DNA of 57,346 nucleotides from Neodothiora populina (lineage: Eukaryota). Of the stretch, positions 1 to 12,835 are shown one piece after another. The stretch is from NCBI RefSeq assembly GCF_041146345.1, contig NW_027191415.1:1364001-1421346 (forward strand), written 5' to 3'. Each line of letters starts with the position of its first letter. The first letter of the stretch is position 1. Both the position numbers and the translations under genes were made by a program. Under the pieces are notes generated by a model. The model made no database searches, was not told where the DNA came from, and was given only the letters and a program-made list of their open reading frames with translations.

Positions 1-741
1 TATCGTCTCGCTCCGCTTTGCTCTGAGTGACTCGTCTGTCTGGGTGGCGGCGGAGATGGTCTCGGTGGCGGGCGGGAGAGGCGGCGACGAGGCGGAATTG
101 GTGGCTATATCTACAGCTTCCGAGGTGCCTCTGTCTGTGGCAGTGTCGGTGGGCAGGCCGTCTTCGCTGGGCAGTTCCCCGTCGTCGGCGGTGGTGGCAG
201 GAGTTTTGGGGTCGACGTCCATGGCATCGCCATTGGTCTGCGGCGGGGCGGCGGGCACCGAGGGCTCGTCGGCGCTGCTCTTCTTGACGCGCTTGGGAGG
301 AGGCAGGGGAAAGTCATTGCTGGCAGCCGAGGCGGAAGCGGCGACGTCACTGCGCTGCCGATGGTGATGTTGATGATGGGAAGAGACCGAAGTCTTGACG
401 TCTGTCCGCGCATCTCGCCGTGTGTCGGATGTGATGGAAGCGCGACGATTGGAGACAGAAAGAGACAGAGGATCCGAAGTCGAAGGGATCAGATTGAAGC
501 GCGGCGACTGTTTGGTGACGTGGGCCTGCAGTCGGTCGTGGAAGAGTCCGTCCTGGATGATGTTGACCAGCTCGAATTGCTTGACCTGCGAAGCAAAAGG
601 CAGCTTCTCCGGATCGTGATACTCGTCCGGTCGATGCCAGTCTTGGTGCAGGGCCTTGGCTGCGTTTTCATGACCGGCTTCCTGGAGGTATCGCAGGATG
701 AGGTAATTGATGTGGTCGGAACCGAGAGCGCCGTCGCCCAT
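1..741 (-). CDS. SIF2: LisH-domain protein, probable Sif2/TBL1-like WD40 corepressor subunit (5' part; runs off the left edge)
   Basis: Open frame from ATG 741 to base 1, not in the ORF track. It reads MGDGALGSDHINYLILRYLQEAGHENAAKALHQDW...ELVNIIQDGL, matching the TBL1/Sif2 N-terminal LisH consensus, then a low-complexity linker. The WD40 part lies outside the window, so the ortholog call is inferred. Confidence 0.7.
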   Translation of the reverse strand, partial: MGDGALGSDHINYLILRYLQEAGHENAAKALHQDWHRPDEYHDPEKLPFASQVKQFELVNIIQDGLFHDRLQAHVTKQSPRFNLIPSTSDPLSLSVSNRRASITSDTRRDARTDVKTSVSSHHQHHHRQRSDVAASASAASNDFPLPPPKRVKKSSADEPSVPAAPPQTNGDAMDVDPKTPATTADDGELPSEDGLPTDTATDRGTSEAVDIATNSASSPPLPPATETISAATQTDESLRAKRSETI

Positions 742-1666
742 GATGGCCGGCAGTTCTGAATGATGAATCGAGAGAGAAAGAGAAAGGAACGAGAGGTGGG
801 TGAGTCAGCCTGTCACCTGTCCATGTCCCGTTGCTGTGGCTGCGGCTGTGGCTGTAACAAGTCGATAAAACAAGTTGACCAAAAGATGATGGATGGGGAG
901 GATTGGCAGCGAGCTAAGAGTGCAGCAAGATAGATGATGCAAGTGCACTGCAGATACAGAGTGCGGGCACAAGCAGAAGCAGTAATAGCAATCAAAGAGC
1001 TAAGGTTCCCTTAGGTGCCTAGTGTATGGCGCGAGTTGATACACCAAGACTCGGGGGAGGGTTGACGAGACGGACAAGAACAAGAACAAGAACATCAGGG
1101 CTGACTCTCTCAGACGTCTTTTCTCTATCGCTGCTGTCTGTCCCGTTATTCTTCTCGTACCTTAAAGAAACAGAGACAGACAAGAACTGCGGATCTCGGA
1201 CTCGACCTTCTCCAGCCAATCGGAAGCCTTGACGAAAAGTACAAGTTTGTTAAATCTGGGGGAGACTGAGAGCAGAGACTGTCTTGGACAATAAGGTAAT
1301 CAATCATCCTGCCACGATCTACCGAATTGTACCTTGCCTTAGGTAGGTAGGTAGGCGATTATTTGTGGTTACTTTATTCTTTCTTGCCAAGGTACCCTAC
1401 TGTACTGCACTCTACCGTTACTCCATCGAAAGAGTTGGACTGTGCGTCTTTTTGTCTCTTGTGGTTCTCTTGTCGTGGGTCCAGGGCATTTCTTCTACTG
1501 TTGCTATAGTACCTTGCTGTGCAGTAGCTTAAGGTAGTCAGTGACAAGATAAAGTAGTAGCTGTATTGCTTTGTAGGCAGCCCTGTATCTGTTTATTATT
1601 CATTCCTTTCCTTCTGTCTCGCTTCAAAACAAAAAGAGGTGTCTGGATGGGTTCTCCACCATCAAA

Positions 1667-2785
1667 ATGCCTCTTCGAATCAACTTGCCGCCTCTCACTC
1701 GCTCTCTGCTCCTCGCTCTGCTCACCCTGACTCTACTCAATGCCTCGCTGCGATACCGACAATGGTCGCCCGCCACGGACACGGGTCCCAGGTGGGACAC
1801 CCTGACCGTCCCCTTTCTGACCATGGTCCCCGCCCTGTCGCTGCGCTATCCCTATGTCGTGCTGACCTCTGCCCTGGTTGAGCAGAACATATTCAGCTTC
1901 TTTGCCTCTGCTCTGACTCTGTTCTATGGTGGTCGCTATCTCGAGCGCGCATGGGGAGGCGCCGAGTTTGCCAAATTCGTTTTGTTTGTCACGACGATAC
2001 CCAACATGCTGTCTTTTGCTGTCTATGCTTCCTGGTATGCCTTGAGCGGCAGTCAGGTCAGAGCCAACACCGTCATCCATGGCGCCCTCGCCCTCGAGGC
2101 TGCGTTCCTCGTCGCCTTCAAGCAACTCGTGCCGGAACACACCGTCTCTCTCTTGCGCGGCGCCGTGCGAATGCGCGTCAAACACTTCCCTGCCGTCTTT
2201 GTCCTGCTGAACTCACTTTCGGGGCCGCTGCTCGGCACCGACACGGCCTTTTTCCTGTCGTGGTTTGGCTTCCTGACCAGCTGGATCTACCTGAGATTCT
2301 ACCGCGTCGCGCCCAGTCTGGCCACCAGCAGCACAGGACAGGACGCAGTCATCAAGGGCGACGCCAGCGACACTTTTGCCTTGGCCCACTTCTTTCCCGA
2401 GCAGATCCAGGTGGTGCTGGATCCCATCTGCGACTCTGTCTACAACATCATGGTCGCCGCCAGCCTGTGCACTCCCTTCTCCACCGAGGCCATCGACGCC
2501 GGAAACGAGCAGGCCCAGGCCAGAGCAGAAGGAGGATTGCCGAGCCTGATGAACAGCGGAAGGCGAGGAGCACGAGGAGGGAACCACAGCGGCAGACGAG
2601 AAGAAGCCGAGAGGAGGAGAGCGTTGGCGCTGAGAGCTCTGGACCAGAGGTTGAACGCAGCCGCGGCGGCAGCAGTCGCGGGATCCAGATCGACTGCCGA
2701 TACCACATCTGGCTCTAATTCTGCATCTGGCCCCGCCGCCGTGGCATCTAAACACACAGAGGACGACACAAAGGTTGCTGCGTAG
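1667..2785 (+). CDS. TMEM115/DUF1751 (Pdh1-like) rhomboid-like Golgi integral membrane protein
   Basis: 372-aa intronless ORF with several TM helices and family motifs GGRYLERAWG, LVAFKQLVPEH, SWIYLRFY, GDASDTFA..FFP and EAERRRALAL. Confidence 0.88.
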   Translation: MPLRINLPPLTRSLLLALLTLTLLNASLRYRQWSPATDTGPRWDTLTVPFLTMVPALSLRYPYVVLTSALVEQNIFSFFASALTLFYGGRYLERAWGGAEFAKFVLFVTTIPNMLSFAVYASWYALSGSQVRANTVIHGALALEAAFLVAFKQLVPEHTVSLLRGAVRMRVKHFPAVFVLLNSLSGPLLGTDTAFFLSWFGFLTSWIYLRFYRVAPSLATSSTGQDAVIKGDASDTFALAHFFPEQIQVVLDPICDSVYNIMVAASLCTPFSTEAIDAGNEQAQARAEGGLPSLMNSGRRGARGGNHSGRREEAERRRALALRALDQRLNAAAAAAVAGSRSTADTTSGSNSASGPAAVASKHTEDDTKVAA

Positions 2786-3119
2786 ACGGACACAAAACTA
2801 GCCAAGTTCTTGTTGGACTATCCAGTCTTTTGCACGTGCTTACGAAAATATAAAAGCAACGACAAGATGAATGGCCAAAGTCTATAGTTGTTCATGATGC
2901 CCCTTGCCGGCCATGTCAGAAAAACAGTAGGAAAAGCAGCTGAATGGAGGATACGTTTTTGACTCCTCGGTTCCAAAAGCGCACCAAATCATGCATGTGA
3001 TGTATCTTTACCATGTCCCTGCCCTGCTCTTTGTCGTATCCCTGCATTTCTCTCGTCTCTTGTTCTGTCGAGTCTTGATCGTGCGAGACGAATTGAAACA
3101 AAAGCCCATGTCCTCATCC

Positions 3120-3437
3120 TCAAGCCGCCGCCGCCGTCGTCGTCTCTGCTGTCGTCGCCAACGTCGTCGTCGTCGACGCCTCCCCGACCCTTCTCTCCAC
3201 CCAAAACCCAGCATCCGGCCTCCTGAGCTCCTTCATCTCCGTCTTGGTCAACGCGCTCTCGACCTCCTGCACGTCGACCAGCTCCTTGACGGCGAAGATC
3301 TGGCCCGCCACTTGCGGCGAGACCGGGTGGTAGACGGTCCGCATGCGCTTTCGCAGGCCCAGGGCTTTGAGCACGCCCGAGGTCGCTTTGGGCAGGCCGA
3401 TTGAGGAGCGCAGCAGGGTTATGCGGAAGTAGGACAT
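3120..3437 (-). CDS. MRPL33: Mitochondrial ribosomal protein uL30m (yeast Mrpl33)
   Basis: [16 protein letters not shown]...LKALGLRKR...V...[15 protein letters not shown] is the fungal L30-family mitoribosomal signature. Confidence 0.93.
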   Translation of the reverse strand: MSYFRITLLRSSIGLPKATSGVLKALGLRKRMRTVYHPVSPQVAGQIFAVKELVDVQEVESALTKTEMKELRRPDAGFWVERRVGEASTTTTLATTAETTTAAAA

Positions 3438-4023
3438 TTTTGCCGTATTCGTATTCTCCCGTTGCTCTTGAGAGAGTTGGAAGAGGCGTGGTTGTGGTTG
3501 TGGTCGTGGTCGTGGTGGGTTTTTCGACGGGAAAAGGGCAATCGACAGGGGCTGTCTTGCTGTTGATTGACCGAGTGTGTGTGTCCAGAGGTCCCACAGG
3601 AAATGTGACTGCTGCCGTGAGAGAGATGGGTGTATTGATTATGTGTGGTATAGATGTGTAACAGAAGAATGCAAGAAAGTCTCTCCTCCGCTTCCGCAAT
3701 CTGATTATACAAGTAGAAGGAGCTGGTCCGTGCTCGGCTGTGGCTTCCCTCCTCTCCACATCAAGGTTGTCTTACTGTGTACCCGCCTCATACACACCTT
3801 GAGGTAGATGATACTCGCTTACACAACTGAACACCAGAGGTCCGGATGACATGGTAGAGATGCTGGAATGAGAGAACGTAGATGGACATCGATTGAGCTC
3901 CCTTGATTCTCCGTCTGCGCGTCTACAGTAAGACCAAACAAGACCAAATAAGACCAAACAACCTGTCTGCCTGCCTAGGACTACCCTACCCTATCCTCTT
4001 CTCCGTCGCATGTTGTCCAGAAG

Positions 4024-6390
4024 ATGAACGAAACGGAAGACGTCACCTCCAAGCTCGCCGAGCTCCTCCGCCACCCGGACGACCTCGGCAGAATCTCATC
4101 TCTGCAATCCGAATTCGCGCGCAAGAAAGCCGCCGTCGACGGGCAACTGCGCGTCGGACTGCAGGAGCAACTCTCCATCACCCAATCCGGCATGAGCGCC
4201 ATCTCCGAAGGCCAGCGCACCGTTCAGCTGATCAAGGAAGAAATGATGAAGATCGATCGTCTGTGTGTCGAGGCTCAGAACATGATTCGTGATTTTCCTT
4301 TCGTCGACAAGATTGCCAGGATGCAGGCCAATTTCGCCCAGGTCGAGGAGATGACGGCCTCCATTGAGGCTTTCGAGCAGGGCTTGGATGACTTGGAGCA
4401 GCTGTTGCGAGAGGACGACCAGGATATGGAGCATCAGAACAATCTCTTGGCTATCCACTACGGTCTGACGAAGCTGAGAGACGTTCGAGACAAAGCCATG
4501 GATCAGATCAAGAACGAAGACTCGAGTCTCGAGTTGATCAATAATCTACAACTCGAAAACGGCGCTACCTTGCAAGACCTCTTCGCTCGCTTGGATGAAG
4601 TGGTGGATTGGTTTGATGAACACGTCGGTACTGCCTGTATGAATCTCATCCCCTTGGTTCAGTCTGGCAACAACGGCATGGTTGTCCGTCTCGCGCTTAT
4701 CGTAGAGGAGGAAGAAAAGAAAGACCGACAGGTCAAAGCACTGCAAGACGCCCAACGAGAGTTCAAGGACCTTGCATCACGTTTCAAACAGATGAATTCG
4801 ATGGGCCAAAAGGAGCTGCGTGGCTACAAGGAGAAGTTCCTCGAAGCCATCAGACTCAACGCCGAAGCTCAATTCGACGCCACCGGCCAGGCTTTCCTCG
4901 AGGACCCCGAGAAGCTGGAGAAGAGCGTGCGCTGGTACTTCAACGACCTCAACACCGTCAAGCTCGGCATGCAGAACCTCATGCCCAAAAAGTGGCGCAT
5001 TCTGACCACCTACGTCAACATCTACCACAAACTCATGCACGACTTCCTCATCTCACGCGTCGACGACCCCGAGCTCAACCCTCCTCACATGCTTGCCATT
5101 GTCCACTGGGTCGCCAAATACTACGCCAAAATGGACAAGCTGGGCGTGCCCGCCTCGGACTTGAATCCACACCTGATCGACGACCGAGAAGTCGACCTCG
5201 TGCGCGAATACAAAAATCTCATCACCAAGGCCGTCGACCAATGGATGGACCGTATCGCCGCCACCGACAAACAGTCTTTTGTCGAGCGCAAGGAAAACAC
5301 TTTGGACACAGATCCCGAGGGCCACTTCCGCACAAAGACCCTGGGAGATATGTGGCGCATGTTCCGCGAACAGCTCGATGTCGCTGCGTCCAGCCAGCGT
5401 CCCGATGTTGTCGAAGGTGTGGTCGACGCCATGATCAACACCCTCAAGGGAAGACAAGACATGTGGAAGTCACTCGCCGAGTCAGAGACGCACAAGTTTA
5501 CAATGGTTCTTCCCAACTCACCAAATCCAAACGAAATGCACGACCCCGCGCAATCGATACAGTCGCTACAGGACTGGCTGGTCGCGCTAGCCAACGATCA
5601 GATCGCTTGCATAGACGATCACGAAGAGGCCGGCCAGGTTTCTTACTTGACATCTTTCCGCCGAGAATACGAGCCCCTGGTCACGCCGGCCTATGCCCTG
5701 ACCGTCAACATCGAGGTCGAGTCTTTGTCAAACAGCTACGTCGATCTGGGCACTTACTGCATCTCTCTCTTTGTGAATCTGATCTTCGTCGACTTCCGCC
5801 CCGTCATGGCTCAATTCTTCACTCCGTCATGGTACACGCAAAAGGGCATGGCACAGATCATCGCGACTTTCGAGGATTACCTGACGGATTACACTCACGT
5901 CTTGCACCCCTCCCTTCGAGACGTGCTCGTCGAAGAACTCGCAGACGAGTTGCTCGTGCGATATCTGGCAGCCATGCGGAACAAATCCGTCAAGTTCCGC
6001 CGCAACGACCCGTTCACCGAAAAGATCAAAGACGACATCCTCACTGCTTTCGAGTTCTTCAAGACTTACGAGACCAGTTTCCCCACCATCAAAGACAAGT
6101 TCAGAGCGGTCAACTCGATGGTTTCGCTCTTGTCCGCCGAAAAGGGACCAGGCTCGTCCGAGTATGGCTTCATCAGCGAGGCGTACGCGGATTTCAAGAG
6201 ACAGAACTGGGACTTGCAGATCGGGTGGGTCGAAGCTGTTCTGAGGACGAGAGACGACTTCGACCGCGGCATGTTGAACGCAGTCAAAGGAAAAGCTGCC
6301 GAGATGAGCGCGAATGCGGACTTTGGAGAGCGAGAGGAGCGCATGGGCGCACTCGGTGGAGGTGAGACCGTCATGGGCAAGGTCAGGTGA
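4024..6390 (+). CDS. SEC6: Exocyst complex component Sec6 (EXOC3)
   Basis: 788-aa intronless helical ORF. The N-terminus LAELLRHPDDL...KKAAVDGQL, the internal LVALANDQ and the C-terminal WVEAVLRTRDD match Pezizomycotina Sec6. Confidence 0.93.
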   Translation: MNETEDVTSKLAELLRHPDDLGRISSLQSEFARKKAAVDGQLRVGLQEQLSITQSGMSAISEGQRTVQLIKEEMMKIDRLCVEAQNMIRDFPFVDKIARMQANFAQVEEMTASIEAFEQGLDDLEQLLREDDQDMEHQNNLLAIHYGLTKLRDVRDKAMDQIKNEDSSLELINNLQLENGATLQDLFARLDEVVDWFDEHVGTACMNLIPLVQSGNNGMVVRLALIVEEEEKKDRQVKALQDAQREFKDLASRFKQMNSMGQKELRGYKEKFLEAIRLNAEAQFDATGQAFLEDPEKLEKSVRWYFNDLNTVKLGMQNLMPKKWRILTTYVNIYHKLMHDFLISRVDDPELNPPHMLAIVHWVAKYYAKMDKLGVPASDLNPHLIDDREVDLVREYKNLITKAVDQWMDRIAATDKQSFVERKENTLDTDPEGHFRTKTLGDMWRMFREQLDVAASSQRPDVVEGVVDAMINTLKGRQDMWKSLAESETHKFTMVLPNSPNPNEMHDPAQSIQSLQDWLVALANDQIACIDDHEEAGQVSYLTSFRREYEPLVTPAYALTVNIEVESLSNSYVDLGTYCISLFVNLIFVDFRPVMAQFFTPSWYTQKGMAQIIATFEDYLTDYTHVLHPSLRDVLVEELADELLVRYLAAMRNKSVKFRRNDPFTEKIKDDILTAFEFFKTYETSFPTIKDKFRAVNSMVSLLSAEKGPGSSEYGFISEAYADFKRQNWDLQIGWVEAVLRTRDDFDRGMLNAVKGKAAEMSANADFGEREERMGALGGGETVMGKVR

Positions 6391-9300
6391 TAGATGAACT
6401 GTTCTTCATTCTGCATCCGGTTCAGCAATCTCTGCATGTCCAATCCTCATTGCAGTAAAAGGCATCGTCTGCATGGTTTGCAATGCTTTGTCTAAAGGGA
6501 GGGAATGGCATCTTCGTGTTTCTAATTAATTAACAGTCTCGATTTAGCACGGCGTTGTCGGAGTCGGACGAAAACAAATCATGCGCCGTTACAGCATGAC
6601 ATGGTATGGTATAATTCACATAGCATTTATAGCATAAACCACAAAGGCTCATTCTATGCATTTGTCTCTAGCGGAGTCAATATCAATTGCATGTCTAGTC
6701 TCCAACAGCCTTCTTTCATGGTGAATACAACGATATAGCATGGCACAAAACGAGACAGACGTCTTATCATGCCAGAAAACAACCCTAGTCTCATGGTTGC
6801 GATTGGCACACAAGACGGGCAGGCAAGATAAGCAAGGATCAGCAGACAAAGATGGACACACTCAAGCAAATCAGGAAAGCTTGAATTGTCGATCCCTCGG
6901 TGAAGAACACAGGGATGTTCCAAAGGTACCTTGACAATTCAAAGTACTCGTAGTACCATACTTTCCGGACGAGCAAGGGATCTCACAAGAGAGTCTGCCA
7001 GGGTCTCTTTTCGCCTACGGGCGGGCGCGATACATGGATCTGCTAGGTAAGGTAGGTAATAATGGTATGTTGACATCGAGGTACGATACAGGGATGATAT
7101 TCACCGTTTTGGCACCTTGTTCAAGCTTTTCCCTTTGCTCTCCTGGGTCGTCGGCGTGTATGCGTGTTGCAGCTTTTGGCTGGGATAGGTGGTTCCTGCA
7201 TAGGGAGCCCGATTGACTTGAACCCAACTCGGCTCTGTACCTTGCATTGGTTCGAGCGTATCCTTGTCTCTTCCTGGCTGGCCATCTGCAGTCACATGCA
7301 AGATATCTCATGCATGCGCCGGCGGGTAGCAAGGAGTCGCGACAAGAAAACACGTTGGAGTGCAAGGGGGTAGAGAGCCTCAATCTCCACATTATGTATG
7401 TACTTGTACCTGCAGCCGCTTGACCAACACCTAGCCCCTTGGGCCTTTCGACGCCAGATACGTTGATCGTTGATGATACGGAGGGGGTGTTTTTCTTTGG
7501 CTGTATGGTCGGGTTCAACGCAGGGGCGAAAGACAGAATCGACAAGTCTCGGTTCAAGATCCGCTTATCGGAGTTTGAAACGCGTTTTGTCTTGCTTGTC
7601 GGTTCGTGCAATGCAATGTGATGCAATGCCGCGAACGCACATGTCGGATGTCGCTGATCATCGGACATCACATCGTACGTCTATCATGATAGACCACGGC
7701 AATAAAGGGGGAAAAGAAGGGCGGCCTCTGCTAAGTCGCGCAGCAGCGGCGGCAGCAGCAGCACTGGCAGCATCACGAGTCGAAAACAAAATGAAGTGAT
7801 TCACAGACTGTGTCGATCGCGAGGTCTTCTAGCTCAATCTACAATTCATTATCCCTGCCACACTTGCATGTGTGCTGATGCCTTGTGCCTTCGTTCAGGC
7901 CATGCGGTCTTCTCTCTGCCGCCGTCCTTGCTAGACACGCTTTCTTTCCTCTTGGATCTCCCCCCCCCCAGCAAATGATGTGTTCTCGAATGCAGGTACC
8001 GTAGTCCTTGGCAGGTTGAATGCGACGATCACCCACTGATAAGCCTCTCGCACATACAATACACGGAACAAAAAGGTAAGCTACATGTCGCACGCGGCAA
8101 CTAGGCATGGCACCACGCGGATTCGTGCCTGTGCCTGAGTCAATCGCCATCTTCCTGATTCCAGGCGAGCCCGAAGACTCAGCCGGCCCGCCTTTGTGGA
8201 TCACACTTCTGCCGCGCTTTCATGAGGTGTGAATTCGCGAAGGATGCGTTATTGTGGATAATCGGACGGCATCCAAGGTCTCGCGTTGGTGGGGACCGGA
8301 TTCCTGACTGCTGCAGCTAAGGCAGAAACTCACCCGTGAATGAGCCGCCTAGGTCTGCAGGACACTTGTCGGCAGGGCAACCCTGTTCAAGATGGACTTT
8401 GATCAACTCATACTATCGTGCGGCCATTGAGGATTCCATCATCGATGCAAAGCAGATAAGGAGGTGAATCAAAGAATACTTGCATGCATCTTTACATTAC
8501 GAGAGTATAGAGTCAAGCAAGGGCAGTGCCAGAAATGCAATCTACACATAACACCACGTTAACCACGCGTGCACCCAGCTGGCTGTCTGCATGATGCACC
8601 GCAGAGGACACGCACAGCCCCGAATGGCAACACACACACATATGCATCTAGATATTGAATCATTGTTGCCACGCGTTCTTCGGTCCATTCACGAATGAGC
8701 GAGTCATCATCCCCCGCTCACTTTAAATTGCAAAACACCGGAATAATGTCAGTGACAGCTGAGCTGTGCAGTAGCAGCAGCAGCAGCAGCAGCATAAGCA
8801 CCAAGGTCCGGCGTATCGCTATTACGGCGACTAAGGTAAGGTATCTTTGACTCCGCTCGGGACTCTGGACCCGTGCAATCAAATCTCCAGCGATCCGGGT
8901 CCGGCCCAATGAGAAGATGCGGGATGACGCAGGACCAGAGCAGGCATGATCGGCCATGGAGTAAGCGGAGATTACTTTGTTCGTATGCGCACTCGAGGCA
9001 CTATACGCGAATCGAGGGGCGGGTTCGACCCTTGCACTCGTGATTGCAGAATGGAATCGTTTTGTTTTTGTGCGACATTTCAGACCACGTACAGATGTAT
9101 TACATGTACTTTGCTATCTAACCAGAAGTCGATCTTCTTCCCGATGTTCCACAGGAAGAACGACCTTTTGCTCTTCCTCCCGCCTTGTGCATGCGCCACA
9201 AAACATTAAGGTTATCGAGCCGCTGGTAGGTTTCCGCCCTTCTTCAGTGCTAAAAATTCAACGCCGGAAACCTGAAACGACCATTCCCTTGGTCCTGCCT

Positions 9301-9422
9301 AAAGTGTATTTGTTCTAGTAAAATTTATCTTGCATCGAAGTGAAAAGAAAAAAGAGTCAAAGGAAAAAGCGAAAGTAGGAGGTTCATCAGAGGGTTCCCC
9401 GCCAGCTCTAGCGAGAAGTAGA

Positions 9423-10999
9423 TCATGTGAATTTGGGGTAGCCGTTGGAGAAGAGCGACAGGCGGTTGGGACCGCCACAGATCTCGCCGGTGCTGCCAGC
9501 GCAGGCCAGACGGCAGGCGTTGTCGACAGTGAGGACGGCGGACTGGCTGTTCAGTGTGTTTCCACAATAGCATTGAGTGGCGTTCTGTACACCTGCAATG
9601 GTGAATCCAGCTCCTGCACAGCCCGATGCGCAGCCCTCGATGGAGTTGCCACTGTTATCGTAGAGGAGAGTCGGAAGCGCAGCTGCGGTGACTGGAACCT
9701 GGTTGGTCCAGCATCCCTGGTATGTCATGCCGCCAGCGTAGGTGTTGTAGTTGGTCACGCCGTTCTCTCCGGCGTGGCTGGGGTCAGGGTAAGGGTCGTC
9801 ACCGTTCTGCAGACGAGGGTAGCCCTGGTCGTAAGATCGCTTGCCGTCGCCGTAGAAGTTGTCGGTGAACAGGCGAGCGATACCAGCCGAAGACTTGAAC
9901 ATCTGACCGTTGTCGTGCGAAACGTTGATCAGATCGACAGTGTCACAGTTCTTTCCCGACGGGTTGGCGCAGCTGGGCTGGAACTGCTTGATGAAGTAGA
10001 AGAATCTCTCGTTGCGGTCTTCACCAGTGCTGTAAGGAGCGCAATCCTCGGAGTGGTCACCGTGATCCAAAAGTCCGCGAGCCCAGGCGACCTGCTTGGT
10101 GTTGAAGTTGGCCAGGATGGCTTCTCTGCCCTGATTGACCAAAGGAGTACCGTAAGTCATTCCGTACTCGGTGTAGTTTGTGTATCCCTCACGGTAGTCG
10201 TCATAATCCGGGCAGTTGGCGTGGGACAATGGCCGGTCCTCGCTCAGCCAAGACAAGCTGTTTGGGTTACCGACCCAATAGGTCACTGGAGAGTTTGTGT
10301 TGAGTTGGTCGCCAACCGCGGCGTAACGCTGAACCATCTGTCCGCCCATAGAGTGACCTACGAGGACGATCTGCTTCATGTTGGGGAAGAGAGAGGTGTC
10401 GTCAAAGTACTTGACCAGAGTGTCAAGGACGAAGAAACTCGATGTGTTCCTGCTGTTGTGGGGGTATCTGTTGTCGGCTCCTGCAGACCACGATGAACCG
10501 GGCCATACCAGTGCGTTGGAGGTAGATCCTTGTCCAGCCTTGAGACCATCAGTCCATGGGTATCCATAGCCCTTGTCATCGCCATTGGCGAAGTAAGGAG
10601 CCATGGTTGCAACAGTATCATGGTTGATGTTCGGATCAGTAACAGTGTCGAGGGCATTCATCAACTGGGGAAAATCCTGGTCAGTATGTTCGTTTCATAT
10701 CGCAGTCATGGCAGACATACGTCGTTTTGGTAGTTCCATGGATCTCTGAGAAGGCCATGGAGAACGATTACGGCTCTCTCAATCTTGCTCTCCACGATAC
10801 GACCTCCGTTGCTACCGTGTCCGTAGTAGTTGATTAAGGTAAGGTTGTTATTTACATCGCTGGGGTCAGGGATCTTGAAGAAGGCAACTTCTGCCCGGTC
10901 AATGGTGGGCAAGTAAGCGCTGATGACATCTCCAGCGTACTGCTGAGCAGTCGCACATCCAGCGCCCAAGGCAATTAGAAGGGAGATCGAAAGTTGCAT
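9423..10999 (-). CDS. Secreted alpha/beta-hydrolase-fold protein with a C-terminal WSC domain; join(10999..10721,10664..9423), 506 aa
   Basis: Signal peptide MQLSISLLIALGAGCATA. A 56-nt GTATGT...CTGAC...CAG intron restores the frame. Nucleophile elbow GHSMGG; WSC Cys pattern YQGCW..C..GC...AGVQNATQCYCG...C..AC.G...EICGG..RLSLF. Confidence 0.85.
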
Positions 11000-12835
11000 C
11001 TTGGCGAAACGAGTGAGCCAAGCTACAGAACGATCAAAAACAGAAAAACGAGTGTAGAAGTAGGGATAAGATATCCTCAAGGGAGTAAACGAAAGACAAC
11101 GAGGGCGTTGAGGAGGATAGATAAATTAAGAGGCACAACCACCTTCTTGTACTATAGAGTATCATGGACCCCACAATGGATGATCCTTTTTTTTTAAACT
11201 ATCACATACAGGACGGTCGGCAGCATTAATTCCGGACAGCCCGTGTTTGCTGCAGATCTTGCAAGCGAACCCATGCACGAGGTTTTTAGATCAGAGCACG
11301 AGATGTGAAAGGATGGTTGTGGCGTCGCAGATCCTTGTACGCGCGGTCGGACTGTGGGAAACACAAGTGCAAGAAATACAGTACTGTATGCGCACAATCT
11401 ACTGTACGTACACCTGATTCGCGATGGAGCCATGTACGTAACAGCACCACATCAGAGTCCTCAGAGGATCCAATTGCAGTTTCAAGAGCTCCTGTCAGAA
11501 ATAAAGATTAAGGTCCAGCCAAACGGCTTCGGAACGGGACAGTTACAGCATCTCACGGCGGGAACGGCTTTTCTGGCTCAGCTCGCAGAAGACGACCCAG
11601 GCGACGTGCAAGCCACATTTGCCGCAACCGCAGCTTAGGAGATCTACTAAACCCAAAGAGACGCATGATACCTTGCAACGCTGTCCGTTGACCCAGCTGG
11701 AGATACGCTTCGCTCTGGGTGTTGACTCCTGCACCGCACATACACTAATTCTCCTCATGTGTGTGTGTGTGTCACAGACTCAAGCGCTCATAATCATACT
11801 ATGAGAACGATAGGCAGCCCTAGACAAGTACGCTGACATCCGGGGCTTTTGAACCGTGCGGATGTCTCGACTCGGACGTGTGTGCGCTACTGATCAAGGC
11901 GGTAAATGCATCTTCATTGATCCATGACCCGAGAGTTGAAAAGACATGGTTGCGGACAACTGCATTTGCAGTCTAACGTAGCATCGACGACGAAGCCGAG
12001 CATTACATGCATGACACTCACTTGTCCGGACTTGCACCGAACCCACTTCGACCTCGACTAGGTAAGGTACTTCCAAGATTTTTTCTTCAGATTGGTGGGA
12101 TGAGTTTACGAGTGTGCAACAATCGGACATAAGAAATAGACCCATTGATAGGAAATGCCGCCATACGTTCAGACTCGAATCTGATCGCATGTAGCAATAT
12201 CTCAATATACCACTTCTACTCTATTGATTTGCTAGTCGTGGTAGCTGCTCACCGCTGTAGATCGATCAAGTCCACACAGTGTGTGACAGGGCTAGTCAAG
12301 GTGTGGGTCGTGCGATAACGCAGCTTTGAGTGAGGTGTGCTGTGTTATGATTAAAGGAGCACTTATCAACCCACCTGCAATGTGGTAGAGCTCGAGCACA
12401 AGACGGTGAAATATCTCTGTATAGTTCAGTATAGAGGCAGAAGTCATTGTTAGGCTTTGCGTGCTATGGTGGTGACCGGCTGATCATGATACCCACACCT
12501 TGACCCCATCGATAAAGGATGACGGTGACATTTTTTCAATGCGACAGGGTGCTCAGTAAGATAACCAATCCGGGGAGGCATGCTACTGTATATCAATAAT
12601 ACTCACCATCGGAACATTTCTCCACCCCGATCTGCTCGCCCCTCTTACACGTCGCCGTGAAACTTGACATGCATGAGACCTGACAAGTGCAAATTCGTGC
12701 GTCTGCTCGTGAGTCATCGGTGAGTTGTCACATAATAAAGAAGCGTCTTGTAACTCAGTCTATTATTAATATTGGCAATAGATCTCATTAGAGGAGTGTA
12801 TAGATTGCGTGACAGATGGCACATGATCGCTTCTG

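Noticed and set aside
7015..7671. 218-aa minus-strand ORF
   Set aside because: No domain, signal peptide or convincing splice structure; left unannotated.
1951..10496. Long alternative-frame or antisense ORFs (1951-2718, 2989-3759, 4992-6365, 9330-10496)
   Set aside because: Shadows of GC-rich, codon-biased real genes, with no recognisable motifs.
8768..11772. (CAG)n near 8770 and (GT)n near 11760
   Set aside because: Ordinary short intergenic microsatellites.
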